This document shows positions 11,501-23,899 of a DNA stretch of 64,000 bases, in pieces. Below the pieces are notes generated by a model, which was not told the origin of the DNA, made no database searches, and was given only the letters and a program-made list of their open reading frames with translations. Position numbers and translations under genes: made by a program. Position 1 is the stretch's first letter; every line of letters begins with the position of its first letter. This stretch comes from Selaginella moellendorffii (lineage: Eukaryota > Plantae > Lycopodiophyta): NCBI RefSeq assembly GCF_000143415.4, contig NW_003314418.1, positions 155,375 to 219,374 of the forward strand, read 5' to 3'.

Positions 11501-13267
11501 TCTTAGTAAACACTCGTGCTTCACCAAGGTTGTCTAAGATATTATCCACATGCGGCATCGGCATCTTGTCCTTCATGGTTTTCTTGTTCAAGGCACAGTA
11601 GTCAATACTTATCTTCATTGAACTGTCTTTTTTCTTCACAAGCAAGACCAGAGCACTAAATAGAGACTTACTTTGCTGAATAAATCCAAACTCAAATAAC
11701 TCCTTGATTTGTTATTGAACTTTTTACTCTTCATCATAACTCAACTGAAATGGACGCTAGTAAATTGGCCGCATTCCCGGCTCCAATGTAATCCCATGCT
11801 CCACACCTCGTAATGGAGGCAGGAAGTTTAAAGGGGAAAACATCAGAGAATTCTTCGAGTATAGTCTGCACTGCTGCCTCTCCTCCACACATGACTTGGT
11901 CCCCCAAGTTAGTAATAAACAGCAAGTAACTCAAAAATGCTTTTCCATTACGACAAGCCCGCTTCAAAGATGTAATGGAAAGCATAACAACTAGAGGTTG
12001 AACTCCCTCTCTAAACCACACATCTTTAACACCACCTTACTCTAACAAGACACACTTAATACTCCACTTTATCTCCGGATCCACTTTCACCAACCATGAC
12101 ATCCTAAGAATGAGATCCACACAATGAAAATCCATGAGATAAAAAGTCTTCACAAGTGTGGTTTTGCCAACCAACACTTCTAGCCTTTCTACACAAATAT
12201 CGAAATGCTAAGTAGAAGTAACTACACCTTCCATCATATATGAAACAACTCTTTATGTCACCAAACTATGCTCATTAACAAACTTTGTGGAAACAAAGTT
12301 CCATTGTCCAGTAAAATTTACACTAGACTGCCACAAAACATGCCCTTCAGCATTAAAGCTGATGCACGAGTGTCCTTGACTTTGTTCCACACACAGTTAA
12401 GTTGATGAGCAATAATTGAAAGCTTCTTCCTCTAACTGGAATGGTCATCCCCGTCATCCTTGTGCTGCAAAGTTTGCAACTTCTTAGTATTTGACTTACA
12501 GTTAGTAAAAGATTGGCCATTCTTGTTGCCATGTTGTTTGCTCTTCACTGTGGACAATCAACTTTGTAGTGTCCCAACTTGCTGCAATAATGACAACCTT
12601 GTCTAAAATTCTTCACAAAGAACTTTTGATTCTTTGACCTTGTGTACCCGAAGTAGCCACCATAGATTTCAGCTTGTGATGTTTATTCCCATCCTTGTGT
12701 CCACAATGATCATCATGACGATTCTCAACAAAAGGACTCCTCGAATGCTTGTAAGACTTATACTTGTTATTATCAAGTCGACGAGTAGCATCAAAGAGCT
12801 CGTCCAAACACTTTGTAAACTGAGAATGATGCAAGTGTTGCCGCATGCTCTCACTATGAAAGCCATCAATAAAGTAGGACTTGTTCTGATCTGGATTCTT
12901 CGTTAGAACACGGCTAATCAAGCAAGTCAGCTTCTCAATATAATCCCCAAGCTTCATTTTCCCTTGCTGAAAATGTCAAAGTTTGGTGTGAGCATTTCCA
13001 CGTCATAGTGAAGTGCAAAACTTAAATGGAAAGCAGCCTCAAATTCATCCATCATAGACACTAATGGTTTTTTATCCGCAGCACAATACTCTTCAAGCCA
13101 ATTCCACCACTAAAGACCCGCATCACACAAAACCATTGGAATAGGCACTAAAGCCTTTGCATCCGGAGTTCCTCTAGCAGCCAATAACTTCTTTATATTA
13201 GCTAGCCAAGCTACACACTCATCCATACCACCATCACCAAAAAAGGTTGGAATCTTGAGTCAATCCA
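8278..13267. repeat. Segment Y, present as a direct duplicate at 46888-50663
   Basis: The PPR 5' half, the intergenic DNA and the A1 insertion flank recur co-linearly from 46888. Confidence 0.93.
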
Positions 13268-13720
13268 CCAAAGAAGGCTTACTTAGAGTGCCACCATGAC
13301 CAGCCTTGAGTGCCTCAACATGCTCATGCAAGGTACTCATTATGCCATGCATTTTGTCTTGCATCTCTTGTTGATTTTTATTAAGGGCTCACAACTCATG
13401 AACAACATCTTCCATAGTCCAAACCTCCATAGCTTCGTCAGCACCATCATCGACACCACCATCGACAATAGGATTTTAGTGTTCAACTTGGTCGGCCATC
13501 ACAACCAACACCTCTGATACCAATGTTATAACCCGGCACAAAAAATCAACAATCTAGTCTTCCTAGGCTAGACTACACATCCTCTTGAACCCCACCACCC
13601 CCGAGCTACCTCAAAAGCTCCTCTGCACCATCACTTTTAAGTTCCTTACCCTAATATGCCTTCATACTTGAGCCTCCCTTTGACCAATGTTGACCATGTG
13701 GTCAAATCTGGCACCTAACA
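8960..13720 (-). mobile_element. Ty3/gypsy LTR retrotransposon A1 (degenerate, short LTRs)
   Basis: LTRs 8960-9183 and 13524-13720 (TG..CA). PBS TTGGTATCAGAG (reverse complement at 13512-13523). Polypurine tract next to 9184. TSD AATTA/AATTG. gag, RT ([16 protein letters not shown]), RNaseH (CDASGYALGGVL) and integrase fragments in gypsy order. Confidence 0.95.
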
Positions 13721-13874
13721 AATTGCCACACTTGTAATATATCCCCAACATTAGCACTCAAAACATTGAGGTCTTCTACCATACCCTTGATCTCCATCCC
13801 CAAACACAAGCATGCTTACTATAGTAGTTTCCATGATCATTATAACCACCTAAAGTAATTGCCATTTGCTCTTC

Positions 13875-16030
13875 AAATGCTTTTCTAGGTTGAGATAAGC
13901 CATCCATATGTTCATCTTTTCCATTTCTTCTCGATAAATTATCTTCTCCAATGCCCTATAAAAAAGAGCTTGGATTGTAACACCTAAAGAAAAATAGGAT
14001 CAAATGCGAGTAGAGTGTTACCTTTCAGCCACTGCTCGCACCTTGTCCAGGTCTGCAAGACACAACCAATAAGCCACGCATTTGATTCACATGTAGCTAC
14101 TATTTGGTGACGCTGCTACAAGCCTTTCAAAGTCGTCCTTGGTCTCTGGAGGCTGGTCCTTCTGTAATAACTTCTCTTTTGCTGCAGCCTCCCTGTTGAG
14201 AAGCAGGACATGAGAAGAGTAAATATAAACAAGAAGTAACTCTGCTCTTTCAAGTCAATTGGCACTGTATCCTCAACGTATTTGTTGAGAGTGGATCGAC
14301 ATGCATAGCTGTGGGAATCGTTTTGATGCCAGATCCAAGTAGTCCTCCTCCTCCCTCTCATCATTATCCATGAGCACATTTGTGTTCGAAGGCTCTTCAT
14401 TTATAGCTTCTTCCTCCATCGGCTCGATGCCATCCTCAGGGGTCAGATATGACGCTTTCATTCCAAGAGATATACGTTTGGTTTCCGCATCAACCTGTAG
14501 AGGGAAATCATAACCCTGTGGTTTTACTAAAGCTTTCGTTCTCACCTTTAGAATCTTTACTTGAACCCATTGGCCGACTTTGTAAAGTGTTGACAAGTCT
14601 TGAATAAAATCGTAAGACACTTCAGAGAAATGACACAAGCAACCTGGAGCACAGACTAAGAACTTGAAACCAAGATAGAGAGAGAGCTTACCACATTGCT
14701 CTCGGCAAGGCTGATGAAGATCCCAAATGCTTCAATGTTGTGTATGCGGCCACTAACGATCTCTCCAGCACCAAACTTCTTCCAGCCACTTGAATCTTGT
14801 GATGTTGTTGCCGCCAAAGACATTTCAATGTGCCCAGACAATGGCTCGATGCTTAAAATTCTGACGAAGAAGAAGATATCAGCAAGCACTTCCATACGGA
14901 GAAAAGTTCATACCTTCCCGATATCACCTTGCCTGGTGGAAACATTTCTGCAGGGTTTTGCACAAACGAGTTCGATAGGTTCTTCAGTTGAATTCTAGCT
15001 TCAAGTGAAGGTGCCAGGACCACAAAACAACCTTTCTCTGTCACATTCTTGACAAAACCCTGCAACACAAAAACAAGTCACGTCCACAGCATGCAAGGTT
15101 TCTGCTTACTTGCACTTCATATCTTGCTTAAGTTCCAACACGGAATTGACAATACGAGCATTGGATGCAGAGTCAAATAAATTTAATGCAAATCTCGGAA
15201 GTTACCTTTCAAGCTCGGAAAGGACTCAAAACCACCACGTCCACCAACTTACTGAAAGTTCCAAGCCCATCTTTCCCCTCCCTGGTCGTTTTAAATCCAA
15301 GACCTTACGAACTGTCCCTCTGTAAATAAACTGGCTGGGTCATCAATCCATGTATCGTTACATGAACTTTTCCGAAACTTTCCCATCTGCCTTGCACAGT
15401 ATGTCCGCCAACACCAGCAAAAACTCGTGTCATTCGTCGGCCTAACAGGTCGCCTTTTTGAATTGTTCGTCACTTGTTTTCGGGTGTAGAGACAAATCCA
15501 CTTGCTTCCTTTCGTGGTTAACACTTCTTATATGGCACTGGAACGGGTCACCGACTTTAAAGCGCTCTTTAACACGTTCAAGCTCCGAGGGATCGTCAGA
15601 CGTGTCCAGTATAAAAAGGCAGCCTTTAAGATGACTAGCCATGCCCAGTTGTCCTTTACTTCTTGAACGTATCTGATAACCGACTGTTCAATGGTTACGG
15701 CCTCGAAAGTAATCACTGAGCATGCAGCATCGTTTCCTGCAAGTCATGATAAGTAAGCTAATTCAAAGGGCCACCATACAGACCTGCAAGCTCAGATGGA
15801 CGTAGAGATAAATCCAAAGTGGCAGCATTTCTGTGCTTTCTGCTGGTTTTGCGTTTTGAAAGGATTTTAGCTCGAACAGTCTGCCCAACACTGTATTTTC
15901 TCAATGGGTTCCCTTCATAATGATCAAGACATTTGAGGAGTTAAAAGACAGACTGGAAAACAGAAACGAACCTCTGTAATGTGCACATTCCCACGTAAGG
16001 AGCAGTGGCTGTCCATGGGACAGGGCTTGT
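13875..16030 (-). pseudogene. RRP5: Internal fragment of rRNA biogenesis protein RRP5 (last S1 repeats and start of HAT region), intron-containing
   Basis: Motifs QGFVKNVTEKGCFVVLAPSLEARI, VSGRIHNIEAFGIFISL, VDAETKRISLGMKASY, DDFERLVAASPNSSYM*IK...DLDKVRAVAER and ALEKIIYREE..NIWMAYLNLE. W-to-stop change and frameshift present. Both ends missing. Confidence 0.88.
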
Positions 16031-16039
16031 CTGCCAGTC

Positions 16040-16600
16040 CTAGAACTATTGAGTGTTGCAGCCTCCATGAGGTGATTTCTTGGGTGATTTGTGACCTGTG
16101 CAGTATGAGAAAGAAGTGACGATTCACAGAAGAATTCTAGAAACATGGAGCTCAATCTTGGAAATGTGATCATGAGCATAGCAGGAAGTTTTGAGCAAGA
16201 GGACCTTGGTCTCTTGGAATGCAATGATCACTGCAAATGCCTAGAATGTGTGTCTTTTGAAAGTGCTTAAGCTGTTGGATTTCATTCCGGCACCTTTTGT
16301 GAATGCATTGATCACCACCCATGGCAGATCAAGGATCCTAGCTCAAGCAAGAAACATGTTTGATCAAATCTTGTGCAAAACTGTGAGCTCCTGATCACCC
16401 ATGATCTAACTGTAAGCCCAGTAAGGACAATCCAGCAAAACCTTATTTCTTTGCAGAACTTACCTTTATCAGTGTCTTAGCCACAACAGCCTAACAAGCA
16501 AGATCCAGGAGAACTTTTGTATCAATCACTACAGCCACTTGATTATATTGTTGCCATTGCATGGAGAAGAAGCTCAAACTTCTTCTATCACTGTGATACT
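16040..16600 (+). pseudogene. Highly decayed PLS-type PPR remnant
   Basis: Manual translation gives LVSWNAMITANA*N (~16206-16246) and ALITTHGRSRILAQARNMFDQILCKTVSS* (~16305-16395), with many stops. Confidence 0.6.
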
Positions 16601-17029
16601 CTACTATGAGGAGCAAGTAAAAAGCTCCTTGTTTTCTGTTTATGGACATGCTATAAAGACAAACACATCAGACTACTCAAAAAAAGTGAACTTTTTGACT
16701 AGTAATAATGTTCTTAAAGGAAAGTTTGCAAGATTTTAGTATTGCAAGAGTGTAGGACTTCTTCCTTATATTCTTCACTATTTGCTTTAAGCTTGCTATA
16801 GGAAGAATAAAATTGATAAAAAAAACACATTAGTTGAACTCTTTGAGAGATAAACAAGAAGTACATATGAATAAAAAAATGTATTAAAATGAGTACATCA
16901 TATAAATTTTTTATTTATGTAAAAATTGACAATATCAAAGCAAACCAACGTTGTTGCATAGTGCAATGCAGAAAATTATATCTATTTGAGTTCGGTTAGG
17001 GTTAGTTAGTGTAGCTGGTATTGTGTATA

Positions 17030-17375
17030 ATGCCCAACTCTCCACCTAGCAACTCTTATTTTCTTCTAGAGCCCAACTCCTCTAGTGGCTTTTACTTTCC
17101 TCCAATGCAACATATCTCCTCCCTCCAACACTCTTCCTGTAGCAACTCTCTTCCATGTCCTCTAGTGCTCCTCCTGCAACAACTCTCTTCCACATTGTAC
17201 TTTTGCCAATCCTACTCTTGGATTTTTCAGTTTTTTTTTTTTCATCAAATCATTCTTTCTCACCCTCTAGCTCTTCCAAAACCCCTTGTGCATTGAGTCT
17301 CCAGCACTTCTCCTGCAACAGCTCTCCTCCAACTCCTCTAGCACTCCTACAACAGCTCTCCTCTAGCTCCTCTAG
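17030..17375. repeat. Degenerate C/T-rich low-complexity repeat
   Basis: Recurrent CTCCTCTAG and GCAACTCTC-like motifs. Confidence 0.5.
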
Positions 17376-17797
17376 TAGATGGCTATGCCACGGCTAAGGC
17401 CAGCCAAGGTAGTGCTAGCCATGGCTGAGACCTTGTGCCACCATGGCTGTGCCTGCTATGGGCCATTGGTGGTGTAACTTTGGCCCTAGCTGTATGGTTA
17501 TAGATACCACAGCCAAGGACAACATCATTGGCAATCAAGGTTGCCAGTGGTTGTGGTAAGCTTGGCAAAAAATTATCTTTTATGTTGAGAAAGGACCAAT
17601 TCGGACATTTATGTAGTGAAAAAATTTGTGTTGCAAAGTAAACTTATAAGGACTTTTGCATTCGCACATGTCTTAGATTTAAGTGGAAAAACACCCTCGG
17701 ATTCGCACTTTAAAACAATGCATTCGAACACTTAAAATTCACTTAATTCAAATTTTGAAATTTGAAATAAATGTTTAGAATTATATCCTGGGAAATT

Positions 17798-19129
17798 TCA
17801 AAGCAAACACGAACGCCACTGGCAAAGACAGAGGGAAAACGTGAGGTTCTCTCTAACCTCTTTCGCATCCTCTGGACTGTGCAAGGCTCCCCTCGCTTGC
17901 TCACAATCACCGTAATCGACAAAGAGGTCCTGGTCCTTGAGCCTTTTCACCTCTTTCCTCCAAGCTTGGATCTCCGCCCGAAGAACAGTCTCCCCAACAT
18001 CAATCAAGAAATTGTGCAAGATGCAACAACTCTTGATGATGTTGGGAAGGTACTTTGGCTGGATCCTTTGTTTTTGATCCAAGCATCTGAACTTCATTTT
18101 AAGAAGTTCAAATGCTTGCTCAATAACAATCCAAGCAAGGTGGTGATGAAGGTGGAAAGCTGCCTTGGATGGTGTCAGGTTTGGAGCTGAGCAACAACCA
18201 AAACAAGTGAACAAAAGAAAGTAGAATGAAGAAGACTTCCTTGTGTGTGGAATCATCAGATGCTGCTGGAGTTGGTACCCTTTGTCCCCCACTAGGTATG
18301 GCTTGATCCTATCATCATATGCTAACACCACGGGTGATGTCAGCAGCTCCCTTGCTACAATCTTGTTCCTGAGGGTTGAATTACGAAAAACCCTCATGTC
18401 GTGGACACGTCCTGAAAGCAAAAAGAACATTTTAGAACCATCCACAACACACAAAGAAACATACCTGGCCACCCAGCATAGACACTGAGGAACCTCTTCT
18501 AGGCATCACAAACCCCTTGCAAGATGACCGAGTACCGCTGCTTCCGGTCGTAGTAGCTCTTGCCGTCCAGTCTAGTAGTCGATCGCCCCAGCAACATTAG
18601 GCAGTCGGGTTCCTATTGGTCATCAAAACTTATAACAATCCAAAAAACATAAGAAAATGTACCTGTCACTTGTCGAAAGCCATCAGTAACAGCTCAAACC
18701 TCCTTGGCAGTTGAAGGAAAATGAATCTTGTACCTGAGACACTTGACAATCGCCACAGTAGTGTCCATGACAATCTCATGAGCTGTGGACTCCCTGATGC
18801 CGAACTTGTCCACCAGATCCAAGTAATCTGTGTTCTTGAAAAGCTTGTACAAAGTCACCCCCAGTCGAACATCCACCGGCACCACACTCCTCCAACCGGT
18901 ATCTTGCTTCTGGATCTCGCTCTCCAGCATGCCACAAATGGTGAAGAAGGTCCTCTTCTCCATTTGAAGTTTCCTCTTCCACCTCCCCACATCGTAATAC
19001 TCTAAAGAAAACTTACTCCAGGTGGTGACATTTCGAGGCTTCACCCACCACAGGCCGATGCAAAACTTCCTCCCAATCACAGCCCGACAAACCTCAAGTT
19101 CACAGTCTTCTTCCTCAGGCAGCACTTGG
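17798..19129 (-). pseudogene. PIF/Harbinger (DDE_Tnp_4, HARBI1/ALP1-like) transposase, 3' part
   Basis: Motifs WKRKLQMEKRTFFTICGML..VPVDVRLGVTLYKL..FGIRESTAHEIV, HDMRVFRNS, YLVGDKGY, IEQAFELLKMKFRCL and CCILHNFL. Short introns and stops. Confidence 0.88.
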
Positions 19130-22100
19130 TGTTAGGTGTCAGCTTTGATTACGTGGTCAACGTCGGTCAAAGGGAGGCTCAAGGGTATATTAAGGCATGT
19201 TAGGGTAAGGGATTTAACCTACCCTAGGGCTCACAGTGGAGCGGTGGCGCAGTGGAGTTTTTGAGGTAGCTCGGGGGTGGTTGGGTGGTGAGGAACCTCA
19301 AGAGGTGGCGTAGCATAGTCTAGGGCAGTTAGATCTCTGTCTTTTTGCACCAGATCATAACATTGGTATCAGAGAAGTTGGTTGCGATGGCCGACTAAGC
19401 TGAACGCTAGAATCCTATTGTCGATGGTGGTGCCGAAGATGGTGCCGATGAAGCTGCGGAGATTTGGACCATTCAAGATGTGGTTCATGAACTGCGAGCC
19501 CTTAATCGCAATCAACAAGAGATGCAAGACGAGATGCATGGCATGATGGATACCATGCGTGGGCGTGTTGAGGCACTCGAGGCTGGATGGGGTAGCGCTC
19601 CAAGTAAGCCTTCTTTGGTAGATCGACTCAAGATTCCAACTTTTTCCAGTGATGGTGGTGTGGACGAGTGTCTCGCTTGGCTAGCCAATGTGAAGAAGTT
19701 CTTGGTTGCTAGGGGAACTCCAGATGCAAAGGCTTTAGTGGCTATTCTGATGGTTTTGCGTGATGCAGGTTTTTGATGGTGGAATTGGCTTGAGGAGTCC
19801 CGTGTTGCAGATAAGAAACCACCAGTGTCTACCATGGATGAGTTTGAGGTTGCTTTCCATTTACGTTTTGCCCCTCATTACGACGTGGAGAATGCTCGTA
19901 CAGAACTTCGCCATTTCCAGCAAGGGAAAATGACGCTTGGAGATTATATTGAGAAGCTTACTCGCTTGATTAGTCGTGTTCCAATGAAGGATCCGAGCAT
20001 GGGATTACATTGGAGCCGAGGACGCGGCCAATTTACCGGCGTCCATTTCGGTTAAGTTATGCGGAGGAGCAAGAAGTTCAACAACAAGTCAATGAGTTAC
20101 TTGAGTTTGGATTTATTCAGCCAAGTAAGTCTCCGTTTGGTGCTTTGGTCTTGCTTGTGAAGAAGAAGGATGGTTCAATACGGATGTGTATTAACTATCG
20201 TGCTTTAAACAAGAAGACAGTGAAGGACAAGATGTCGATGCCACGTGTGGATGATATCCTAGATAAGCTTGGTGAAGCATGAGTGTTTACCAAGATTGAT
20301 ATGAGGAGTGGATATCATCAGATTGCAATGGATGATGCATCTATCTCCAAGACGGCATTCAACACAAGCTTCGGAGATTTTGAGTTTATAGTTATGCCAT
20401 TTGGTTTGATGAATGCACCTGCCACATTTACTCAGTTGATGATGGAGGTATTTGGGTGTTATCTTCATGAGTTTGTGGAGATTTTCTTGGACGATATTCT
20501 TGTTTTTAGCAAGAATATGGAGGAGCATAGGGTGCATTTGCACAAGGTTCTTTTGTTCCTTCAAAACAGCAAACTTTATGCGAAGAAGAGCAAATGTGAA
20601 TTTGCAAAGTCAGAGGTGGAATATCTTGGCCATATTGTGATATCTAAGGGTGTCAAGATGGATCCAAGGAAGGTGGTTGTGGTGGAAAATTGGCCTACAC
20701 TGACTACAGTGGCCGAGTTGCGTAATTTTCTTGGTATGGCTAGTTACTACCGACGTTTCTAGCATAAGTTTGCAGAGGTGGCTATTCCTTTGATGCGGTT
20801 GTTACACAAGAATGTGCCATTTGAGTGAAAGAAGCCACAAGAGGAGAGTTTTGTGGCGCTGAAACGATTGTTGAGCGAGACTTTAGTGCTTCGCATTGCT
20901 GATCCATCGATACCTTATGAGGTGACATATGATGTGAGTGGTTATGCACTGGGATGATTTCTCATGCAAGAGGGACAGCCTATTACATATGAGAGTTGAA
21001 CTTTGAATTCCGCGGAACAACGCTATTCCACATATGAGTAAGAGTTACTCTCTATTGTTCATGCTTTGCAGACATGGCGGCACTATCTTTATGGTGCAGT
21101 GTTCGTGGTGTTAACAGATCACAAACCACTTGTGTATCTTTTCACACAGAAGGAGTTAAACACTAGGCAAGCTCATTGGATGGTCAAACTCATGGAGTTT
21201 GGGGAGTTTCTTATTGAGCATCATCCGGGAAAATCAAATGTGGTGGTAGATGCTTTATCTCGTGCTCGTCATGTGACGACGTTACGAACACGATTTTGTC
21301 ATCATTTAAGTAAGGTGGTCAGCGAGTTTGGGCAGTTGGTTGAGCATGCTCAGGCTTAGGATGCTAAGGTGGCCTCTTTGCGAGACCAGATGGAAGCTCC
21401 TTTCTCATTGGTGGATGGGATTCTCTACTACAATGGTCATGTATATATGCCACGGGTGGATGTGTTAATTACTCATGTTTTATTCCACTATCATGATCGT
21501 CTAGAGGCCAGTCATTTTGGGGGGAAGAAGAGATATGAGTTGATTAAGCGCAACTTTTATTGGAGGAATATAAAAGCTGATATCCTCAAGTATTGTAAAT
21601 CATGCGAGCTTTGTCAGTGGGTTAAGGTGCCACGGGAGAAGCCGGGGGGACTTTTGCAACCTTTACCTATTCCTCAGAGCCATTGGTGTAGTATCTCTAT
21701 GGACTTCATCACTTGTTTGCCACGAACACAGAGGCAAAAGGAGCAAGTATGGGTCATAGTGGATCGGTTGACGAAGTATGTGCGGTTGTTGGCTCTTCGG
21801 AAGACTGTCACTGCCTCAGACTTGGCTACGGTTTACTTGGAGAAGGTTTTTCCTGATTTTCGTTTAGCAAAGGACATCATTAGTGATCGAAATTCAAAGT
21901 TCACCAGTGGATTTTGGAAAAGCTTTGCAAAGGCTATGCAAGTGACTTTGAAACTCTCGAGTGGAGATCATCCTCAGACAGATGGGCAAACCAAGCATGT
22001 GAATCAGGTGGTGGAGGATATGCTACGTTGTAGCATTGGTCAGAGGCAAGGACAATGGGATTTATATCTTCCGTTGGTGCAATTTGCTTACAACAATAGC

Positions 22101-22929
22101 CAACACAGTGGAACCAAGCTAAGTCCTTACTTTGCCATGTTTGGAAGGCATCCTCGAACAACAGTGGATTTGGGATTGCATTTGAGTAAGGACGTGCAAG
22201 ATAAGCTTGATTCCGAGGCAACTAATTTGGCCACAGAATTTGATGAGATTCTGGTGGTGTGCAAACAAAATTTGCAAGCAGCTCAGGATAAAGTGGAGAC
22301 GTTTGCCAATGAGCATCGCCAATTCCGGGAATATAAGGTGGGTGATTTCGTCTTTGTGCGCGTGATCTTTCCGTCAAGTGAGCGGCAGAACACCTTGGTG
22401 CCTTTACGGATAGGGAAGAGTGATAAACTTTCCCATCGATATGCTGGTCCATATGAAGTGCTGGAGCGCATTGGTAAACCGGCTTATCGGGTGCGGCTGC
22501 CAGCTAGGGTGAAAATTCATTTGGTATTTTATGTCAGCCAGTTGAAGGGTGTACTATCTCGGAGTGACGGGCCCAATGCCTCCTTGATGTATACGGCTGT
22601 GGAAGATGAACCAGGAGCTTGAGCAGGATTCCTCAGAAAGGGTGATCATTGGTACAACTCGTCCTTGGGACAAGGACTTTGTTGGGGGGGAAGAATTGTT
22701 AGGTGCCAGCTTTGACTACGTGGTTAACGTCTGTCAAAGGGAGGCTCAAGGGTATATTAAGGCATGTTAGGGTAAGGGACTTAACCTACCCTAGGGCTCA
22801 CAGTGGAGCGGCGACGCAGTGGAGTTTTTGAGGTAGCTTGGGGGTGGTTGGGTGGTGAGAAACCTCAAGAGGTGGCGTAGCATAGTCTAGGGTGGTTAGA
22901 TCTCTGTCTTTTTGCGCCGGATCATAACA
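19130..22929 (+). mobile_element. Ty3/gypsy LTR retrotransposon A2 (same family as A1, internally deleted)
   Basis: 233-bp LTRs at 19130-19362 and 22697-22929 (about 13 mismatches by eye). PBS TTGGTATCAGAG at 19363. PPT GGGGGGGAAGAAT. TSD CTTGG/CTTGA. gag joins directly to RT near 19995, so the protease is deleted. Integrase ORF 21369-22622. Confidence 0.96.
21369..22622 (+). CDS. Gypsy integrase (HHCC, catalytic core, GPY/F motif) of element A2
   Basis: 417-aa ORF with H..HFG..C..CQ, SMDFIT, IISDRNSKF, HPQTDGQ and RYAGPYEVLERIG. No chromodomain. Confidence 0.85.
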   Translation: MASLRDQMEAPFSLVDGILYYNGHVYMPRVDVLITHVLFHYHDRLEASHFGGKKRYELIKRNFYWRNIKADILKYCKSCELCQWVKVPREKPGGLLQPLPIPQSHWCSISMDFITCLPRTQRQKEQVWVIVDRLTKYVRLLALRKTVTASDLATVYLEKVFPDFRLAKDIISDRNSKFTSGFWKSFAKAMQVTLKLSSGDHPQTDGQTKHVNQVVEDMLRCSIGQRQGQWDLYLPLVQFAYNNSQHSGTKLSPYFAMFGRHPRTTVDLGLHLSKDVQDKLDSEATNLATEFDEILVVCKQNLQAAQDKVETFANEHRQFREYKVGDFVFVRVIFPSSERQNTLVPLRIGKSDKLSHRYAGPYEVLERIGKPAYRVRLPARVKIHLVFYVSQLKGVLSRSDGPNASLMYTAVEDEPGA

Positions 22930-23358
22930 CTTGACCACAATGTGTATGAAAGCTTGCACAGCAAGCAACAAAACCTAATTGAAGAAAAGGGTTCTCTTTG
23001 CAGCAGCAGGTGCAGCAAAAACCGAGGTATCCACAAACTGGACAGCCTTGTGGTCAAGCTCCTCTTCCTCCCGGGGCACCCCCTCCTCGAGCCGCCATAG
23101 AACCATGGCCTAAACCTCTCGGGGCCAGATTCAGAGATCCGTGGCCAGCCCCGGCCACCCCGCTCCCTCCTCCCACTCCATGGCCACCTCTCCCTCCATG
23201 GGCACCTCTTCCTCCTCCTGTTGGTGAAGATAGAGCACGAGCAGGCCCAGATCCAGCTCAATCGGCCCCATTTCCCAGAGCTCTGTTTCCTCTTCCAACC
23301 CTAAAATTGGATTACCTGCTTCCTCCACCTCCTCATAAATCTCCGCGGCTGCTGCCAT
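22930..23358 (-). pseudogene. Probable 5' (acidic N-terminal) part of the Harbinger transposase gene
   Basis: Contiguous with 19129 once A2 and one TSD copy are removed. E-rich reading begins at ATG 23358. AAACCCTAA motif at ~23411. Confidence 0.55.
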
Positions 23359-23899
23359 GTTTTAATTCTTGGGCTGTGCCGCGAGATCAGAACTTCTTCG
23401 CAGGCACACCAAACCCTAACCTAAGAATCTTCTCGAATATTTCCGGAATAATTTTTAACAACTTCCCTTAAAATAAAATGACCCCCCCAACACTTTAGAT
23501 TTGGTCGGGGTTTTTGAAAATTACTTAAGAATCCTCCCTTTTTTTTCGTGCGAATAATTTTCCCATAAAAAATAAGGGTAAGTACATTACTTTAGCTTAA
23601 GCTATTGTGCAAATAGGGAAAACGTAAATTTTGAGCTTTAATTTTCGGGTAACTCTTGGTCCAAAGCTAAACTCTTATAAACATCTCTAAACATGCTCAT
23701 TTAATTAACCACCAATGAACGGCCAAGATATCTTTACCAGCACTCCCCCACTAATTTTCTTTCGAAAATAAAAAAACTAAAAGCAAAGAAGATATTATCA
23801 AACACTATTTTTTCAATGTTTGCTTTTTTTTCTTATTTTCTACTATTAATTAACTTACAACTCAATTACACAATATTTGGAGCTGGAAGAATTGAATTC

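Noticed and set aside
22998-23471. Proline-rich 157-aa plus-strand ORF
   Set aside because: Antisense to the E-rich 5' part of the Harbinger gene; explained by composition.
17455-23730. Candidate Harbinger TIRs (GGCCATTGGTGGT at ~17461 versus ACCACCAATGAACGGCC at ~23708)
   Set aside because: Only a gapped partial match and no TAA/TTA TSD.
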